A stretch of DNA of 64,000 nucleotides, from NCBI GenBank assembly GCA_001179505.1, contig CDMY01000234.1:95361-159360 (forward strand), read 5' to 3'. The first letter of the stretch is position 1, and each line of letters opens with the position of its first letter. A model generated the notes under the pieces. It was not told the origin of the DNA. It worked only from the letters and a program-made list of their open reading frames with translations, and made no database searches. The position numbers were made by a program, and so were the translations under genes. This document shows positions 24,412 to 38,500 of this stretch, in pieces. The DNA comes from Vitrella brassicaformis CCMP3155. Its lineage: Eukaryota > Protista > Chromerida.

Positions 24412-25511
24412 TTGATGTGTCTATTGAGTGGTCGGAAGATGTGTGTTTGCTATATTGAAGCTGCGTGGAGAGTGTCGATATCAGCGTGGCAGCTGCATGC
24501 ACGTGAGTGAGATGGACGGAGGCGATGGGACCAGGTTGACCGACAGATTCATTCAGGCTGTGCATAGTACATTGTTGCGATGTCCTCGATCCCCACTTTA
24601 TTGGCAAAGAAGAAGAGGTATGATTCAGTAATGGCTGAATGCAGCCACTCGACGAGTTACAGTAGTCACCTCTCAATTTGGTGGACTGGGCGGGCGGCAT
24701 GTGACACGCAGCTATCAAATCACACCTCACAAATGGATCCATTCATTCGTTCGCCTGCACTGCCGGTCGGTGCATGTCTGCCCACACGCACATGTACTAG
24801 TACTCAACACAACACATCTCACACACGTGTGTCACAGCAACACTAGAGTGACCGAGATAGAGGCTAACAGAGATCCGTGGCGAGAATTCGCCTTCTCGAC
24901 GAGACGCGTGGATTATTCCCGCCATTCCATTTTCCGCATCGGCTCAAGCTCATGGCCGTTACAACAGCCGTCGGCGCAGGTGCGGCAAGCTTTGCCCGTC
25001 GGCCAGTGAAAGCAATCGGCTTCAAGCGGCGCGCGATATGGCTGCGCTGACCGTATTGCTGAAAGTGTGTGCATGCGAGCGATGCTGGAAGTGGCGGCCG
25101 GTATGTGAGATCGCCACAGACGGTGGCTGGCCCGCGGACGAGGGCGATTCGGTATGAGAAACCACGCTTTCACTCTGCCCTTCTCTCTCTCAGTGCACGT
25201 CCCTTCATGTACATGTGTGTGCCAGGCAAGCGATCGAAGAAGCGAAGCGCAGGGGGGCCAAGCTCTCATTGCCCACGGCCAAGGCCGCCAAGGGCCGCCT
25301 CAGCCATCAACAAAGCCGAACCCTACAAGAAGGTAGACGACGACGTGAGCAAGCCAGACGTCCATCCTCCCCTTGCTCATCCACCCACACACATGGATGC
25401 ACGCATACACGCACCTCCGTGTGTGTGTGTGCGTGTGTGTGTAGAGGAGTACCTGCCGACACACGGGGGGATCTGCATTTGCGAGCTTGGCTGAAAATTT
25501 TTGTGGCGAGA

Positions 25512-27145
25512 ATGGCGGCGAGATTTCAGATCATAGCCGTCTCCGAGACAGATTTGTGAGAATAAGGGACATCAAACAGTTTCCGAGCCGGCTGTCCTCA
25601 TTTCTCACTGTTTGCCTCACATCTCCCTCGTTTCTTTTCATTTTTCGGCGGGAGTGGTCGGGCGCCACCCGCCCGAGGCCCACGCAGCCCACCCTGCTCC
25701 CCGTTTGCGAGTCCACCTGACCGCCCCTGAACCTCCCGTCAGACGCTGACATGCCCCTGATGCGCATGTTGCATCCCATTTCCTCTTTCCGTCCCTCCCG
25801 GCGCAATGTAGTCGTCTGCCTGGCTTTCCCAAGGCACCCACTACTGCATCCGCCGTCTGCAAGGTCCCCAAGTACAGCGCCGGGGCGACCGATGATGCAG
25901 ACCCGTCGTCATTCTTCTGGGTCTTCGAGGCCAAGGCGCCGCACGGCGAGGGGTTCAGACGGCGTCTGGCCAACGACACGCGAGCGCTGCTGGGCGAGGA
26001 GGTGCCCATCGAGTACATGTCGGAGGAGCAGGCTGAGGGAACACACCTACCACGGCTGCCTAACCCACCGGTCACGAACCTTGACCGGACGCATCCATCC
26101 ATCCATCCATCTATCTTGTGTGTGTGTGTGTGTGTGTGTGTGTCTGTGTGTATGTGTGTGCAGGGGGCACTTGCGGCTGCGGCTGCTGCTGCTGCTGATG
26201 GTGGTGGTGATGATGATGATGACGATGGCAACGAGGATGAAGTCGAGGACGAGGAGGAGGTCAGAGGAGAGAGATGGGATGGGATGGGATGCCACACACA
26301 TACGCTCTTGCGTGCGTCGTGTGTGTCAATGTGTGTGGGTAAATGGGCGTGTGTGTTTGGCGGCAGGATAACGACGACGAATACGAGGACGAGACTTCCA
26401 AGAAATCCAAGGTCAGCCAGACACCTCACGCACAAAACAATGCACCCGTGACATCCCCCTCCCTCTCTGTGTGTTGAATGAATCAGACGGCAAAGGCCAA
26501 GCGCACCGATGACCCAGGTTACTGCCGACTCAGAAAGAACTGATGCTTGCAGCAATGAGAGACATGCACACGTGTGTGTGTTTGTGTGAAAGAGTGGAAG
26601 CCCAAATGCCGCGGCCCACAAACCAAGGGCCCCCGCAAGCACTCTAAAGCGAGAGTATTTCATTTTGTATTTTGTGAGACTGCAGTCTTTGCAGCTATCT
26701 GTGTGTATTGTCTATGTGTGTTCGCAGTATCAGAGTGGTAAATCGGGAGTGCTCTACCACGAGAAAGACAACGCCTGGATCGCCAAGTGGACCGAGAGGG
26801 GCCGGTACCGCTACAAGTCGTTCTGCATCAATTCACTTGGGTTTGCCGACGCGCTGGTCAGTTTGCCAACAACACAGCCCACGTGATAGAGATGCAAGCC
26901 GGCCTCTGCAACTTGCGTGCCTCTTCTCTGTGATCAGTTCGCTGACGATGACGATGAGGATGTCGACGAGGACCAAGACGGGGACGAGGAGAGTGAGGAG
27001 GTCAGAAAGAAAGAACGAGAGAGATGGGATGCCACATACATGCGCTCTTGCACGCATCGTGTGTGTTGATGCATGCACATGTGACATTTCATTTCCTCTT
27101 TCCGTCCCTCCCGGTGCAGCCGGCTGAAAACGAGGATCCAGAAGG
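25512..27145 (+). pseudogene. Second 5'-truncated AAA+-like/linker/AP2 family copy, AP2 lacking the final helix exon
   Basis: 25472-26760 is co-linear with 13766-15080, introns included. The AP2 exon 26728-26856 reads YQSGKSGVLYHEKDNAWIAKWTERGRYRYKSFCINSLGFADAL, then jumps to the acidic exon also seen at 17470. Confidence 0.7.
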
Positions 27146-27169
27146 TATGCGCCCATCCGTGGATGTGTT

Positions 27170-28398
27170 TTGGCGCGTGCGACCAACTCAGTGCTAAAAT
27201 CGCACCCAATAACATCACCTGGTGCACGGGTTTCTGGCCAACCAGAGTCGGGTTATTTCGGTGGCAGCAAATACATCGAAGCTCATGAGGTGGAGGTGCT
27301 GCATGCGCTGTCGACACGAGCCACGGAGCCCGAAGAACCTATCACAACGACAGTCGCACCTGCATCGACGACAAACGGCTCTGCGTCACCGCTGAATGGC
27401 TCGTCCCTGTCAGCATCAGAATATGAGGGCCTCCGTGGCCTCCTGGGTGACAACAAGAACCTGACTTCGATCTACCGGTATGGCTGTCGGTCCAGACGGG
27501 TGCAGCCATCTAGGCCACAGACACGCGTGTGTATATGATGGCTGTGTGTCTGTGTGTCTGATTCGCCGGACTTGTGTATGTGTGTGGCTGGCAGGTCGTC
27601 TGTGCACACTGATCTGCTCGGCCGCTTGCGCGCGACACGTGGTGATTGGTCGGGCGGCCGTGGGTGGCCCTGGTGATGAGACGTGAGACACACAGCTCTC
27701 TTGGATGGACTCCGCTTTGCCGTCTCGTGTATGCCTCAGCTGGGTGGTCTGGCTGGTCTGGCACATACACCCACTGGGTGTTCCTTGTCCGCAACGCCCC
27801 GTACGTGTTCGGCGCCTATATCAGAGACCACAAATATACAGGCGTCGTAGACTCTATCTTGGACGGCCAAAGTAGCGAAGGATATTTCGAGCTTGGGGAA
27901 GATGATATGTGGCACTTCTCACTGGCGGGCCACTTCGATGGGCCGACAAAAATTCGCCCACCACTTTGGGTCGAAAACTACGGCACGGCCTACTTGGGAG
28001 TTGATACTAGACAAGTTAACATTCAGCTAACGGTGCGCTGGGAAACATCAACCTGCAGTGGGTTGAGCTTTACTGTTGGTGAGAAAGGACATGAAGGGTA
28101 TGGGACGGACATCGATTATTCTTGTTTGCGGGGTGATTCTGCCGATGTTCGCCGAAGCCAATTTAGCATCCATCGTAAGCGTGTGCCTGAGGACTACAAG
28201 GGGGTGAGGAGCGACTTGGGCGATGCTTATCTTGGCGGCGCGCTCGCCTTCACGGCTGATGAGGTGGAGGTGCTGTATTTGCTGGAGGAGGACCCTTTAC
28301 CTGCACTGGATAGCAGTGGGGGGACAAGTATGAAGGGGTGGTCACTGTGGGGCGGGGTGATGATGGCGATGCTCATCTGCCAGTGGGTGGCCATGTGA
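27170..28398 (+). CDS. TLDc-like domain protein or fragment with hydrophobic C-terminus; 5' structure uncertain
   Basis: LTSIYR|...VFLVRNAPYVFGAYI...HFSLAGHFDGPTKI...YLGGALAFTADEVEVL resembles TLDc. A duplicated EVEVL end motif occurs at 27280. It ends WSLWGGVMMAMLICQWVAM*. Confidence 0.55.
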
Positions 28399-28699
28399 AT
28401 GTTACAAGCCGTGTTTTCAGCGGTCAGGCGTTTGCAAGTGTGTGCTGAGGGAGGGTGTGACCCGAGTGCTGTTTAATGAGATGATGGTCGTTGGCCTCGT
28501 TCATGTGTGTGTGTACCGGTTGTTTGTGAAGCAAGTCGAGAAAGAAATACCGAAATACCTGTGCGCAGGTATACTGGGCGGGGCGTCTGTGTGTGGCCAA
28601 GAGAGCTGCACGTGTGTGTGTGTGTGTTGGCTGATGTCGTGAGCCATGATGGGACAGAGGTCACGTCATGCTCGCCTTATGCTCCTTCACGTGTGTCGC

Positions 28700-31600
28700 G
28701 TTTGTGAGGCCGTGATGTCTTTCCTGCCTGTTTGAAGTGGGTAGGACGTGTCTGTATGATAAGTAGACAGACTCACTCGCGTGAGTATCGTGACAGTGTG
28801 ACAGTCAGTCTGTAAGTGCGCTAATTGGTTGATCGCATTGATGTCGAGAGCCGTGCACGCAGCACCGCACACGAGTGTTTGTGTCCCCCACTCTCTCACT
28901 CATTCACTCACTGACCCCCTTGCTCACACGTACGAGAGACAGACAACAGTGTGTCCGGCCATCCATCCCTCTCTCATCCCACTCATCATCCTTCCTCTTG
29001 TTCTGTTTTGTTGGCAGCCAGCTACCGAATCAGATGATGGAGACAGACAGCACGGATAAACACACGTACACTGACGCGACACACATGGATTCACATCACT
29101 CCCCGGTCCTCTCTCTCCTCTCCTCTCCTCTCTGTCTCTCCTCTCTCTGTCAGCAGTGGTGGCAGCAAATGGTCCGCATCGCATTCAGGCATGCAGACAG
29201 ACAGACAAGACATGATGGGCACGGGCACGGCAGCATTCACACGCATCACAGCACATCGCATCACACACATGAATCAGTCCACCGATAGATCAATTGGCCT
29301 GGAAGATCTAAAAATAGCTCGGTCATTTCATTGGATGGAGTGGGCAGCCCTGCCAGCCGTCCCTCCCTCCCTCCCTCCACAGTCAGTCAGTCGGTCAGTC
29401 ATGACACACACATGCACATGCACACGCACATTTCGATGAATGAATGGCACGCAGACGACAGCCAGGCAGACAGGCAGGCATACACACGGGGGGCGGTGGG
29501 CGGGCAAATCCGCTTGGTACGCAAGAAAGAGACACCAGTCAACACCAAAAAACTTTCCTATGCTTGCCTTGCCCCCATCCATCCGTCCATCCATCCATCC
29601 ATCCATTCATCCATTCACCTGGCAGGCACCCATTCGCGCAGCCGCCGTCACACCACGCCACCCACACCCATGACAGACACCCATGGCCACCATCCATCCA
29701 TCTCATCTCATCTCTCCTCTTTGAGCAGCCCATCTCACTTCATTCATCCATCCATTCCATTGCATGGCAGGGGGTCAGGAAGGGCACGCAGCGATCGATT
29801 GAGGCCGGCCGGCCGGCAGGCAGGCAGGCAGGACAGGAAAAATACCCTTGGTCGGAAGGCTTGCTTGGTGTAGCTCGCTTACTTTTCGGTGTCAATCAGT
29901 CAACCAAATCGATCAGCCAAGAAGCAGCAGAAGGAGAAGGAGAAAGAGCGATGGTCCTATCTCTATCTATCTGTTAGGCTACGTAGCAGCCAGTTAGTGG
30001 TGCCGCGCGTGGATGGATGTGTCAGTCAGTAGTCATGTGCTCACAGAGATGGGATGGAGAGAGATGTCAGCAAGAGAGAGAGGGGGAGTGGAGCGAGTAA
30101 GCTCTCCCTACCAAGTCCATCCATCCATCCATCCACGTGTGCTGTGCTTTGCTGTGGTGTGTGTTTGTGAGGTGTGTAGACCACAATGGTGAAAAAGCCT
30201 CGAGTGAAAAAGACCGTACACAGAGACAGACAGGTAGACAGGCAGACAGAAAATTGAAGGAGGAGGCAATCAACCAACAACAGGCAGGCAGACAGAAAGG
30301 CGCCACACGTAAAAATCCTTCCTTTGTCGGTCCATCCATCCATCCGTCCACAAATGCTGCTATGCTGCTGCTGTCCGCCTACCGGCCACCATACACACAT
30401 TACTTACTTACTCACTTAAACCCTCCGCCGTAGGTATAGGTAGGTAGCTATGTAGCTCGTCACTGACTGCAAAAAGAAGAAGAGACCATGGCATGGCTGA
30501 CGTAGGCAGGCAGGCAGGCAGGGAGGGAGGCATCTTTCGCGGAGGGGAGTGAGTCAAGTGGGTGGCAGGGGGGGGTGGGTGGGAGGGGGAACAGAGAGGA
30601 AGAGGGCGAAGGGAAGAGAACTCGTAAGTAAGTAAGATATCAGGCTGTCTATTCACAGGCAGGCACTTCCTCACACGCCAGTGAACTGAACACGGCACGC
30701 AGCCACCCATCCATCCGCCGGTGAGTGGCTGGCTGGCTGGCTGCGTGCATCTCAGCTTCCAAAAATCCAGGACAAACACCACACCCACCACCACCAACAA
30801 CAACAAACAGCAAACACCTCTGCCCTCTCCCTCCCTCTCTGTCCCCCTCCCCCTCCCCCTCCCCTCTCAGGCCACAAATCGTCACGTGTTGGCGCGCAAT
30901 GCGATATGAAGCAAAAGCAGCACACGCGCCATGCGACACGACAAGACACGACACACTGCATCACATCAACAGCTAAATGGGGCCATCCGCCGTCACTCAC
31001 ATCACATGAGAGAGTGTGTGTCGGGTCGGGTGGGGTGCGGAAGTAAGTTACGTTAGCAAAGACAGACAGACAGACAGACAGAAAGCCGAGAAAGATCGGT
31101 ATGACGGATGGGCTGAAGTGAGTGGGTGAGTGAGAAAGATGGAATCGAATCGAATCAAGCACGTAAAGGCAAGGCAAGGCAAGAAAGGGAAGACACTGAA
31201 TGAATGAGTGAGTGGGCACACGCACACGCACACACATGGACGCACACGAACACTCCATACGTAATCAACGGATGAGAAAAAACATACACACATAGAGAGA
31301 CAACATGCACACATGGACGGACGTGCACTCATACACACAACATGTACACACCCATACCTGCTTTTCGCGCAACAATTGCGCTTCCCCCCACCCACACCCC
31401 TCAGCCCTCACCCTACCCCTCCCACAAATCCCTCCCTCCCTGCCTGCCTCCCGTGGACCGACACACCGTAAAAATAAGACTGACGAGGGCGTGTGTTCAA
31501 GGCGGCATTGACCACCACTCTCCCTCTCTCTCTCTCCTTCATTCTTTCCTCTCTCGCACAGAGAAACACACAAAGACGCATTGCATCGCATCGCATCGCT

Positions 31601-31780
31601 TTCTCGCCAGTCCAGACAGACAGACCGACAGAACGACAGCCTGCCTTGCCAACCAGCAGGCTACCGACAATCGATAGATGTGTAGGGGTGTGTTTGCAGT
31701 GATTCATTCCGCCAGACAGACAGACCGACAGCCATCCAGCCGTTATTAAAACCACCGCCCCGCCACACACACATACACAC
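28700..31780. repeat. Microsatellite-rich non-coding tract (3' flank of the KH gene)
   Basis: Dense (CATC)n, (GGCA)n, (GACA)n and (CA)n runs; ORFs are low-complexity artefacts. Confidence 0.7.
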
Positions 31781-31805
31781 ATACACGCACACATGAGGGG
31801 ACGAA

Positions 31806-34800
31806 TCACTCTGACCAGCCCTGGGCCTGCTGCTGAGTCGGCTGCGGCACCACGTAGCCGTTGGCAGTCACCTGCTGCTGCGGGGCCGCCTGCTGCTGCT
31901 GCTGCTGCTGGTAGAGGGGGTGGGCTGCGCCTGGTGGCGGTTGCTGGGCGAGGGCCTGGTCCTGACGCTCGAAGGAATCCAGCTTCTGCTGGATGAGGGC
32001 ACATGCCTGCTCAACTCCCTCGGCAGAACCCTTGACAGTGCCTGGCAGGTACACAACACACCGACAGACAGACAGCAATGGTGCGGTTCGGTGCGGCGCA
32101 TCCGGTTTGGTGTGGCTGGTGCGGTGTATGTGGAGTGTGTGGCAATTGATTACAAGTCCTGGTGCCGGGGGGCTGGTCCTGTGTGGCGTCGCGTCTGTCG
32201 ATGTGGATGTTGGTGCCGCTGCTCTTCTGCAGATCCTCCACCTGGTGGCCCTTGGAACCTGACACGACACACACCGGGACACCAGGACGCACCACGACCG
32301 CATCCATGTCGATGGATGTGAGGCGTGTTGCAGTTGGTTCGCTCACCGATTAGCCTCGCCACGTGCTGGTCTGGCACCGGCACCACACGCACACACGTCC
32401 TGAACCACACACACACAGACACACAGACATGGTTTCCTTGTCGCACTGCCCGCGCCCCTCCCTCCCTCCCTCCCCTCACCCATCGCTTGTGGCACTGCCG
32501 GCCCCGCCATAGCCGTCATAGCCCGCCGTTTGCGGCGGGTACAGCTGCGCCCCGCCGTAGGCCACCCCGCCGGCCACCTGCATGCCCACAGCGGGGAAGG
32601 CCCCGCTCATGTTGCCAGACGCCACGATGGGCGCGTTGATCTTGGTCTCGATCAGCTTCTTGGCGTGGTGAATGGCCGACAGGGAACCCTTGATGGTCAG
32701 CTGCACAGAGAGAGAGAGAGAGAAGGGCATGAGAGGGCTGTGTTGAGGGGGGGGGAGGGGAGGAGAGAAGCGATGGCTACCCTGCGATGTGGCGCACTGG
32801 CCGGTGCGTCATTGATGACATCGATCTTGGTGCCGGACATCTCTTGTATCTCCCTCACCGTGTTGCCCCGCGAGCCGATGATCCGCGCCACAGCGTCGCC
32901 CGGCACCACAAACTCTGTCATCGTCAGAGAGCTGTCTGACGGCGGCGAGGGCGTCCCGCTCGCCAGCATCTCCACAGGCCGGCTGTATCCAGCGGCGGCA
33001 ACGGCCTCCTGCGCACCGGGGGGGTAGTAGCCGCGGAGAGACGCCGCGTACGGCCCACCGGCGGCTGCGAGCGGCGTGCCCGGATACTGCTGCGCCATCG
33101 ACTGCCCGTACCCTGCCACCAACACGACACACATATATATGCGCAACACACACGCACACGCGCATGTGCCCATCCTTTCTGCTGGCTGGGCGGCTGACCG
33201 ACCTGGTTCGAGCGGCTCGCCCTGCATGAAGTCTGGTGTGGCCTGGTAGGGCTGCGATGCGGCGGCCGCCATCATGGGCGGCAGCGACTGGTGAGGGGGC
33301 CCCAGTGCGTATGCCGTGTAGCCCACCGACATGTGCTGCTGTTGCTGCTGGCTGGGCGCTGCCATGTGGGACGTGGGCATGGGCAAGGGGGACGGGAAGA
33401 AGGGATGCGGGTGGCCCGGCTTGGACAAAGCTGAGCGAGAAGGAATGAGTGAAGCGATATCATGTGTGGGTGGTGGTGAGAGAGACTCCCCAGCCCACCT
33501 GTGGGGGTGGCGTGTGCAGCGGGGCTGGCTCCACCAGAGGCAAACACCCCTGCACCTCCAGCGGCAGTCGGGCTCGTGCCAACAGTGGTCGGCGTCTACC
33601 AACACGCAACCAACCAACACACATCCATCCATCCATCCATATCGATTGTACCGCCCTGCGTGTGCTCCCTCACCGTGAAGACGCGCGAGTGTCGTGAGAT
33701 GAGGTACTGAGCAGTGGTGCAGCCGGCCGGCGTGCCGGTGATGAGAATGCGCCTGCCGCCGAGTGAGGGGAGCATCTCGCCCTCCGACTCGATGTCGATG
33801 TGTGCGCCGCTCTCGTGCTGGACGGCCTTGATGTTGTCGCCGCGCTTGCCGATGATGTACTTGACGCACCCGTTGGGCACCACCAGCTTCAGGATCGTCG
33901 GCTGGTTCGGGAAGTTGGCCGCACTGCCCATTGTCTTGTTGCGGACCTGATGAATGAATGAATGAATGGATGGACGAACGAAGGAACGACGCCCATACAA
34001 GGGAGACGGGGAGGGAGGGAGGGAGGGAGGGTGTGGTGGGTTGCCTACCTGTTGGCTGATGAGGTGCTGGCATCTCTGTATGGCCACGATGGTGCCGAAG
34101 ATGGTGAGCTTCCTTTCCGAGAAGTTGGGCATGATCTCGGCCTCGCTCTGCACCTTGACCTCGGCAGCCGACATGCGCTCGATCTCCGCTATGCACTGGC
34201 CCTTCGCCCCAATCAACCTGCAAGCAATGCAACCAAACAACGGGCCACTCCAGTCAGGTCACCACACGCACACAGCAAGGCGATGCTGATGCTGCACCAT
34301 ACACACATACTTACGTACCATCCGACAGTGTGGTTTGGGATGAGCATCATCAGCGAGGTGCACGTCCTGTCGACGTCGTCGTTCTTCAAAAAGGCCGCCT
34401 CGTTCAGATCGCTCATACTCAAGGGGTACTTAAACTTGTGAGGCTGACCCACACCTCCCACACCGCCCACACCGCCAGCAGCGCTCAGGTTGCTGCTGCT
34501 GTGGAGGGGCGTGTGCGTCGCCCCACCCGCCGCGACACCGACAGCAGCCATTGACGCGTGGAAGGGGGGCGAGGTGGGACCCTCGAGCGGCCTGTCGTCG
34601 ACTTGAGGGCCGTGTGGGTGTGCCGGGGAATGTATGTGGGAGGCAGTCAGGGAGGATGGCTCGCTGAGAGGGTGAGGGGGGAGGGAAGGATGGGGCGAGG
34701 TAAAACCCATCGGGACAGACACCACTGAAGGAAGACACAGACGCAAAACACACACAAGTGTGTCTGTCTCCTCGATATGATCACCAACGACACCATATCC

Positions 34801-34979
34801 TCCCCTCTCTCTCGGCCTGTGTGCCTGCCTGCGTGCCTGCCTGCCTCATCGGCTGGCTGACCTTCATGGCTCTTGGCGTTGTAGGCTGACATGGGGTAAG
34901 TGGTGTGCCGAATGGCGTGCGGCTCGGCGCCGGGCATCTGCATCGCACTCATCATCTGCATCGCCGTCGCCGCGCTCAT
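31806..34979 (-). CDS. Multi-KH-domain RNA-binding protein (4 KH domains)
   Basis: GxxG loops: LIPNHTVG|RLIGAKGQ, VVPNGCVKYIIGKRGDN, VVPGDAVARIIGSRGNT, VPDQHVARLI|GSKGHQ. Q/A-rich C-terminus; start ATG 34979 inferred. Confidence 0.88.
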
Positions 34980-35599
34980 AATAACCACAAACACCACACG
35001 CCGCCCTCAATCACAGACACCGCACCGCAGACACACCAAAGCGGCAGCCGCCGCCCAAAGCGCCACCCACACACTCAGATGGTCACTCGACAGGCGACAG
35101 GCGTCGAGCAGCGGGCGGCTTGACAGATGAGATGAGACGCTGATTTGATGTCGCAGCAGCAGCGGATTTCAGCGTGTGCTGACGTCGCAGCGATGCTTTC
35201 ACCACTCGCCCCGGCCGGCTGCGCACACACGTCGGCACACTGTAAGGTCTCCCTCTCTCTGTGCTTTGCTTGTGGCTTGGCGTCAGTCAGCTGATCTGCG
35301 GGAGCTGTCTAGTCACATTCCACTTCGGCACACACTGCAGGCCTGAAAGAACCCCGCTGGCGTCTCTGCTGACTGCCCTGCTGCCGTCAGTCAGGTCTTC
35401 CGGTGTGGCGGTGAGAGATGCCGCCCCGATCTCGCTGGCCGCAGACGCTGTGGGCCAGATCTTTACTGCTGCCGTGCACTGCGTTGCCCTGACAACCGCA
35501 ACGCTCCTTATTTGCCGTGGCGCCCACCAAACTGCGAGCTTGCAATATTCTGCGAGCTGTGGGAAGATACGAAGTGATTTTCGTTGATGGGACGGACTC

Positions 35600-38500
35600 T
35601 TGATTGCAGACAGACGAAATGGTCTTAGTAGGACGCTCGCTCATTACCAACAATTACCACACAACGAACGAATGAATGAGATCACTGAGTGTCACCACCA
35701 TCCAGAACCAAACGCACGGACCGCAGACACGACTCACCTGTCTGTCTGTGTCTGTCTGTCACTCTCACACGACACCCAGACAGGCAGGCAGACAGTCAGA
35801 CAGGCATGGTGCTTGAAATGGCAAGGTACGGCGGATGGGCTGGTGGCAGGTGGGTGGGGTGAGGTGGGTCGGTACGTATACAACAACGGCGAGGGGGGAG
35901 GACGGGATCAACACTGGCCATGAACGAATGTCACACTGACACACGCAGGCAGGGCAGACCAGACCAGACCAGCAACCAATCGGGCACGCTGGCAGGCAGC
36001 CAGGCAGGCACTGTGTCGTGGTATGCTATGTATGCCTGTCTGTATGTATGTCTGTCTGCCTGTGTGTGTACCGCATCCATGGTGTAATGGTGTCTGTCTG
36101 TTGGTGCCCTTCAAAAAGTGAGGAACGTACGCACCGCACCGCACCGCACCCTGGCTGGCTAGCTGGTCTTGCGTAGTGCACTTAAAGGAATGAGTGGATG
36201 GATGGATGGATGGATGGGCACACACACACACGCACGCGACAGACGCGACAGACACCAATTGGCCGCCCACTCCAGTCACTCATTCATTAGTGGATCATCC
36301 ACACACACATACATACAAGTGCCGCAGCAGATAGCGCCCCCGTGCCGAAGGGAGAGTGAAGAGGCACAAAAATCGCCACGCAGCACCCAGGCAACAAACT
36401 CTCACTCGACCTCATCCCCCCCACCCCACCCCACCCCACCTCTGCCTTCATCCATCTTGTTGTCATTTTTACGTGTGTGTGTCGGTGTGTGTATTGTCTG
36501 TGTGAGAGTCTGGAGCAATGAGCAGGCACAAGCACGGCACCCGGCCGGCACACAGCACTGTCTCCCTCCCTCCGTCCCTCCCTCGCACCGCACCGCAAAA
36601 GTAAGCGAGCGGGCGTCTTCACACCACCAGCAGATGAAGCAAGCGACCACACACCACACCACACCAAACCACACCACAGCCCCCGCTATCACGCCATCAC
36701 GCCGACGCCCACGCACATCCATCCATCCATGCATCCATTCGGCCACGGCACATAATCGACTGGTCGATCCTTCCTGTCGTCCTTGCTGTCTTCATTGGTT
36801 CATTCCTTCCTGTACTCACTCAGTCACTCACTGCTGTACGTCAGTCAGTCCGATAGGTGGCTGGCTATGTTATCGACAAAAAACGCAGAAGCCTCATCTC
36901 ACTCACTCACAGACACACAGACAGATAGATAGGAACCTCAGCTCTCCTTCCTTCCTCGCTGAGCTGAGCTGACCTGACTGACCTGAGCTATATATAGGTG
37001 ATAAACGAATTAGACACATACATACACACAACATCACAGGCCATGCGACACCCCCCAACCTTCCCCACCCCACCCACATCCCTCCCTCATCCCCTCTTCA
37101 CTGTTGCCCTCTCGCTCCATCCACCATTCATCCATTCATCCAGTCATTCAATCAATCAGGAGCCATCCCTCCCTCCCTCCCTGTCACTCGTCTGTCTAGC
37201 TGTCGGGCTGTCATAAAGGTCAGCCCGCCCCGCCCCGCCCCGCCCCGCCCCGCCCGCCGCGCGAATGAATCAGACAGACATTCAAGAGAAGAAAAGGCCA
37301 ACCAGCATCGACAGGCAAGCAGACAGCCGAGGCGAGATGAATGAATGAATGAATGCATCACCACGAAGACAGACACGAAGAAAGGAAGGCGCACACACAC
37401 AAGAGGGCATGCACACGAGAGAGCAGAGGAGTCATGTCATGTAGCAAGGCAAAGCAAGGCAAGGTAGAGTGAGTCAGTGAGTCATTGAGCCGGCAAGTGG
37501 TTGTCGTCTCAATCAACGTATCAATGAATGTCTCTCCGTCATGCGTCCGTCAGGTCTGCATCCATCGCCGGAGGATAACAAATACACCACACAAGACTCA
37601 TTCATTCAAGCAGCCAGCCAGCCAGCCACTCACCTTCCTGCCGTCTGCCGGTCTGTCTGTCAATGCATTCAGTGAAAGGCGGGCGGACAATCGCCCCCAC
37701 GCAGCGCAGGTGCGCACACATAAATCCTCCCACCCGCCCTCACAGCCCCATAGTCAGTCAGAACCCTTGGCACACACCTACACGAGGGACGATCGTTCGT
37801 TCGTCCTTCCCCCTCCTTCCCCCCCTTTGTGTCTGTCTCTTCCTTCCCGCGCCCAGCCAGGCAGGCAGGCAGACAGGCAGACAAACAGGCGGGCAGGCGG
37901 GCACAATGCGGGAGATGATGAGCATGGACCACCATGTGCAGCAGTGCAAGGAGTGGAGTGGATGCGGGTGAAGGAGATAGAGAGCGCAGCGCCCTCCTGC
38001 GTCGCTTTTGCACGTGCCGAGAGCGCTGCCCCCCCGTCCCCCGCATCTCCACACACCCAGGCATGCACGCCATGCATGCCATGCTGTTCAATAATGAATG
38101 CCGTTCGTCTCACCACACACCGTACCGTAGACCACACAGTGCCGCCCCCGGCCCCCCAGCCCTTCCTCCCGCACGTCGACCGACCGCTGTGTGTATGTCG
38201 ATCGACGTGTTGTCGACAGATGGATGGATGGATGGATGGCCTGTCAGCCTGCCTGCCTGACTGCCTGAAAGTCTATCTACGCAGGGCAGGCCAGGCCAGG
38301 AGAGGCCGGACAGGCCATTGTGTCTGGAGGGATACACACAGGACGGCACACACCACCAGGGAGACACACAGACGGTAAGAAAGCCATGCCAGACGGCGAG
38401 ACAGACAGACAGACAGACAGATAGACAGACGGACAGGTTAGCGGAGAAGGGTGAAAAACAGCCTCACATCAATCAGGTTGGCAGCTACCACAGGGCAGAG

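Noticed and set aside
25038-25100. zf-CW-like CERCWKWR
   Set aside because: Only half of the motif is present and the frame is ambiguous.
35261-35590. Microsatellite-free GC-rich patch with Cys-rich ORFs
   Set aside because: No recognisable motif or consistent splice model in any frame.
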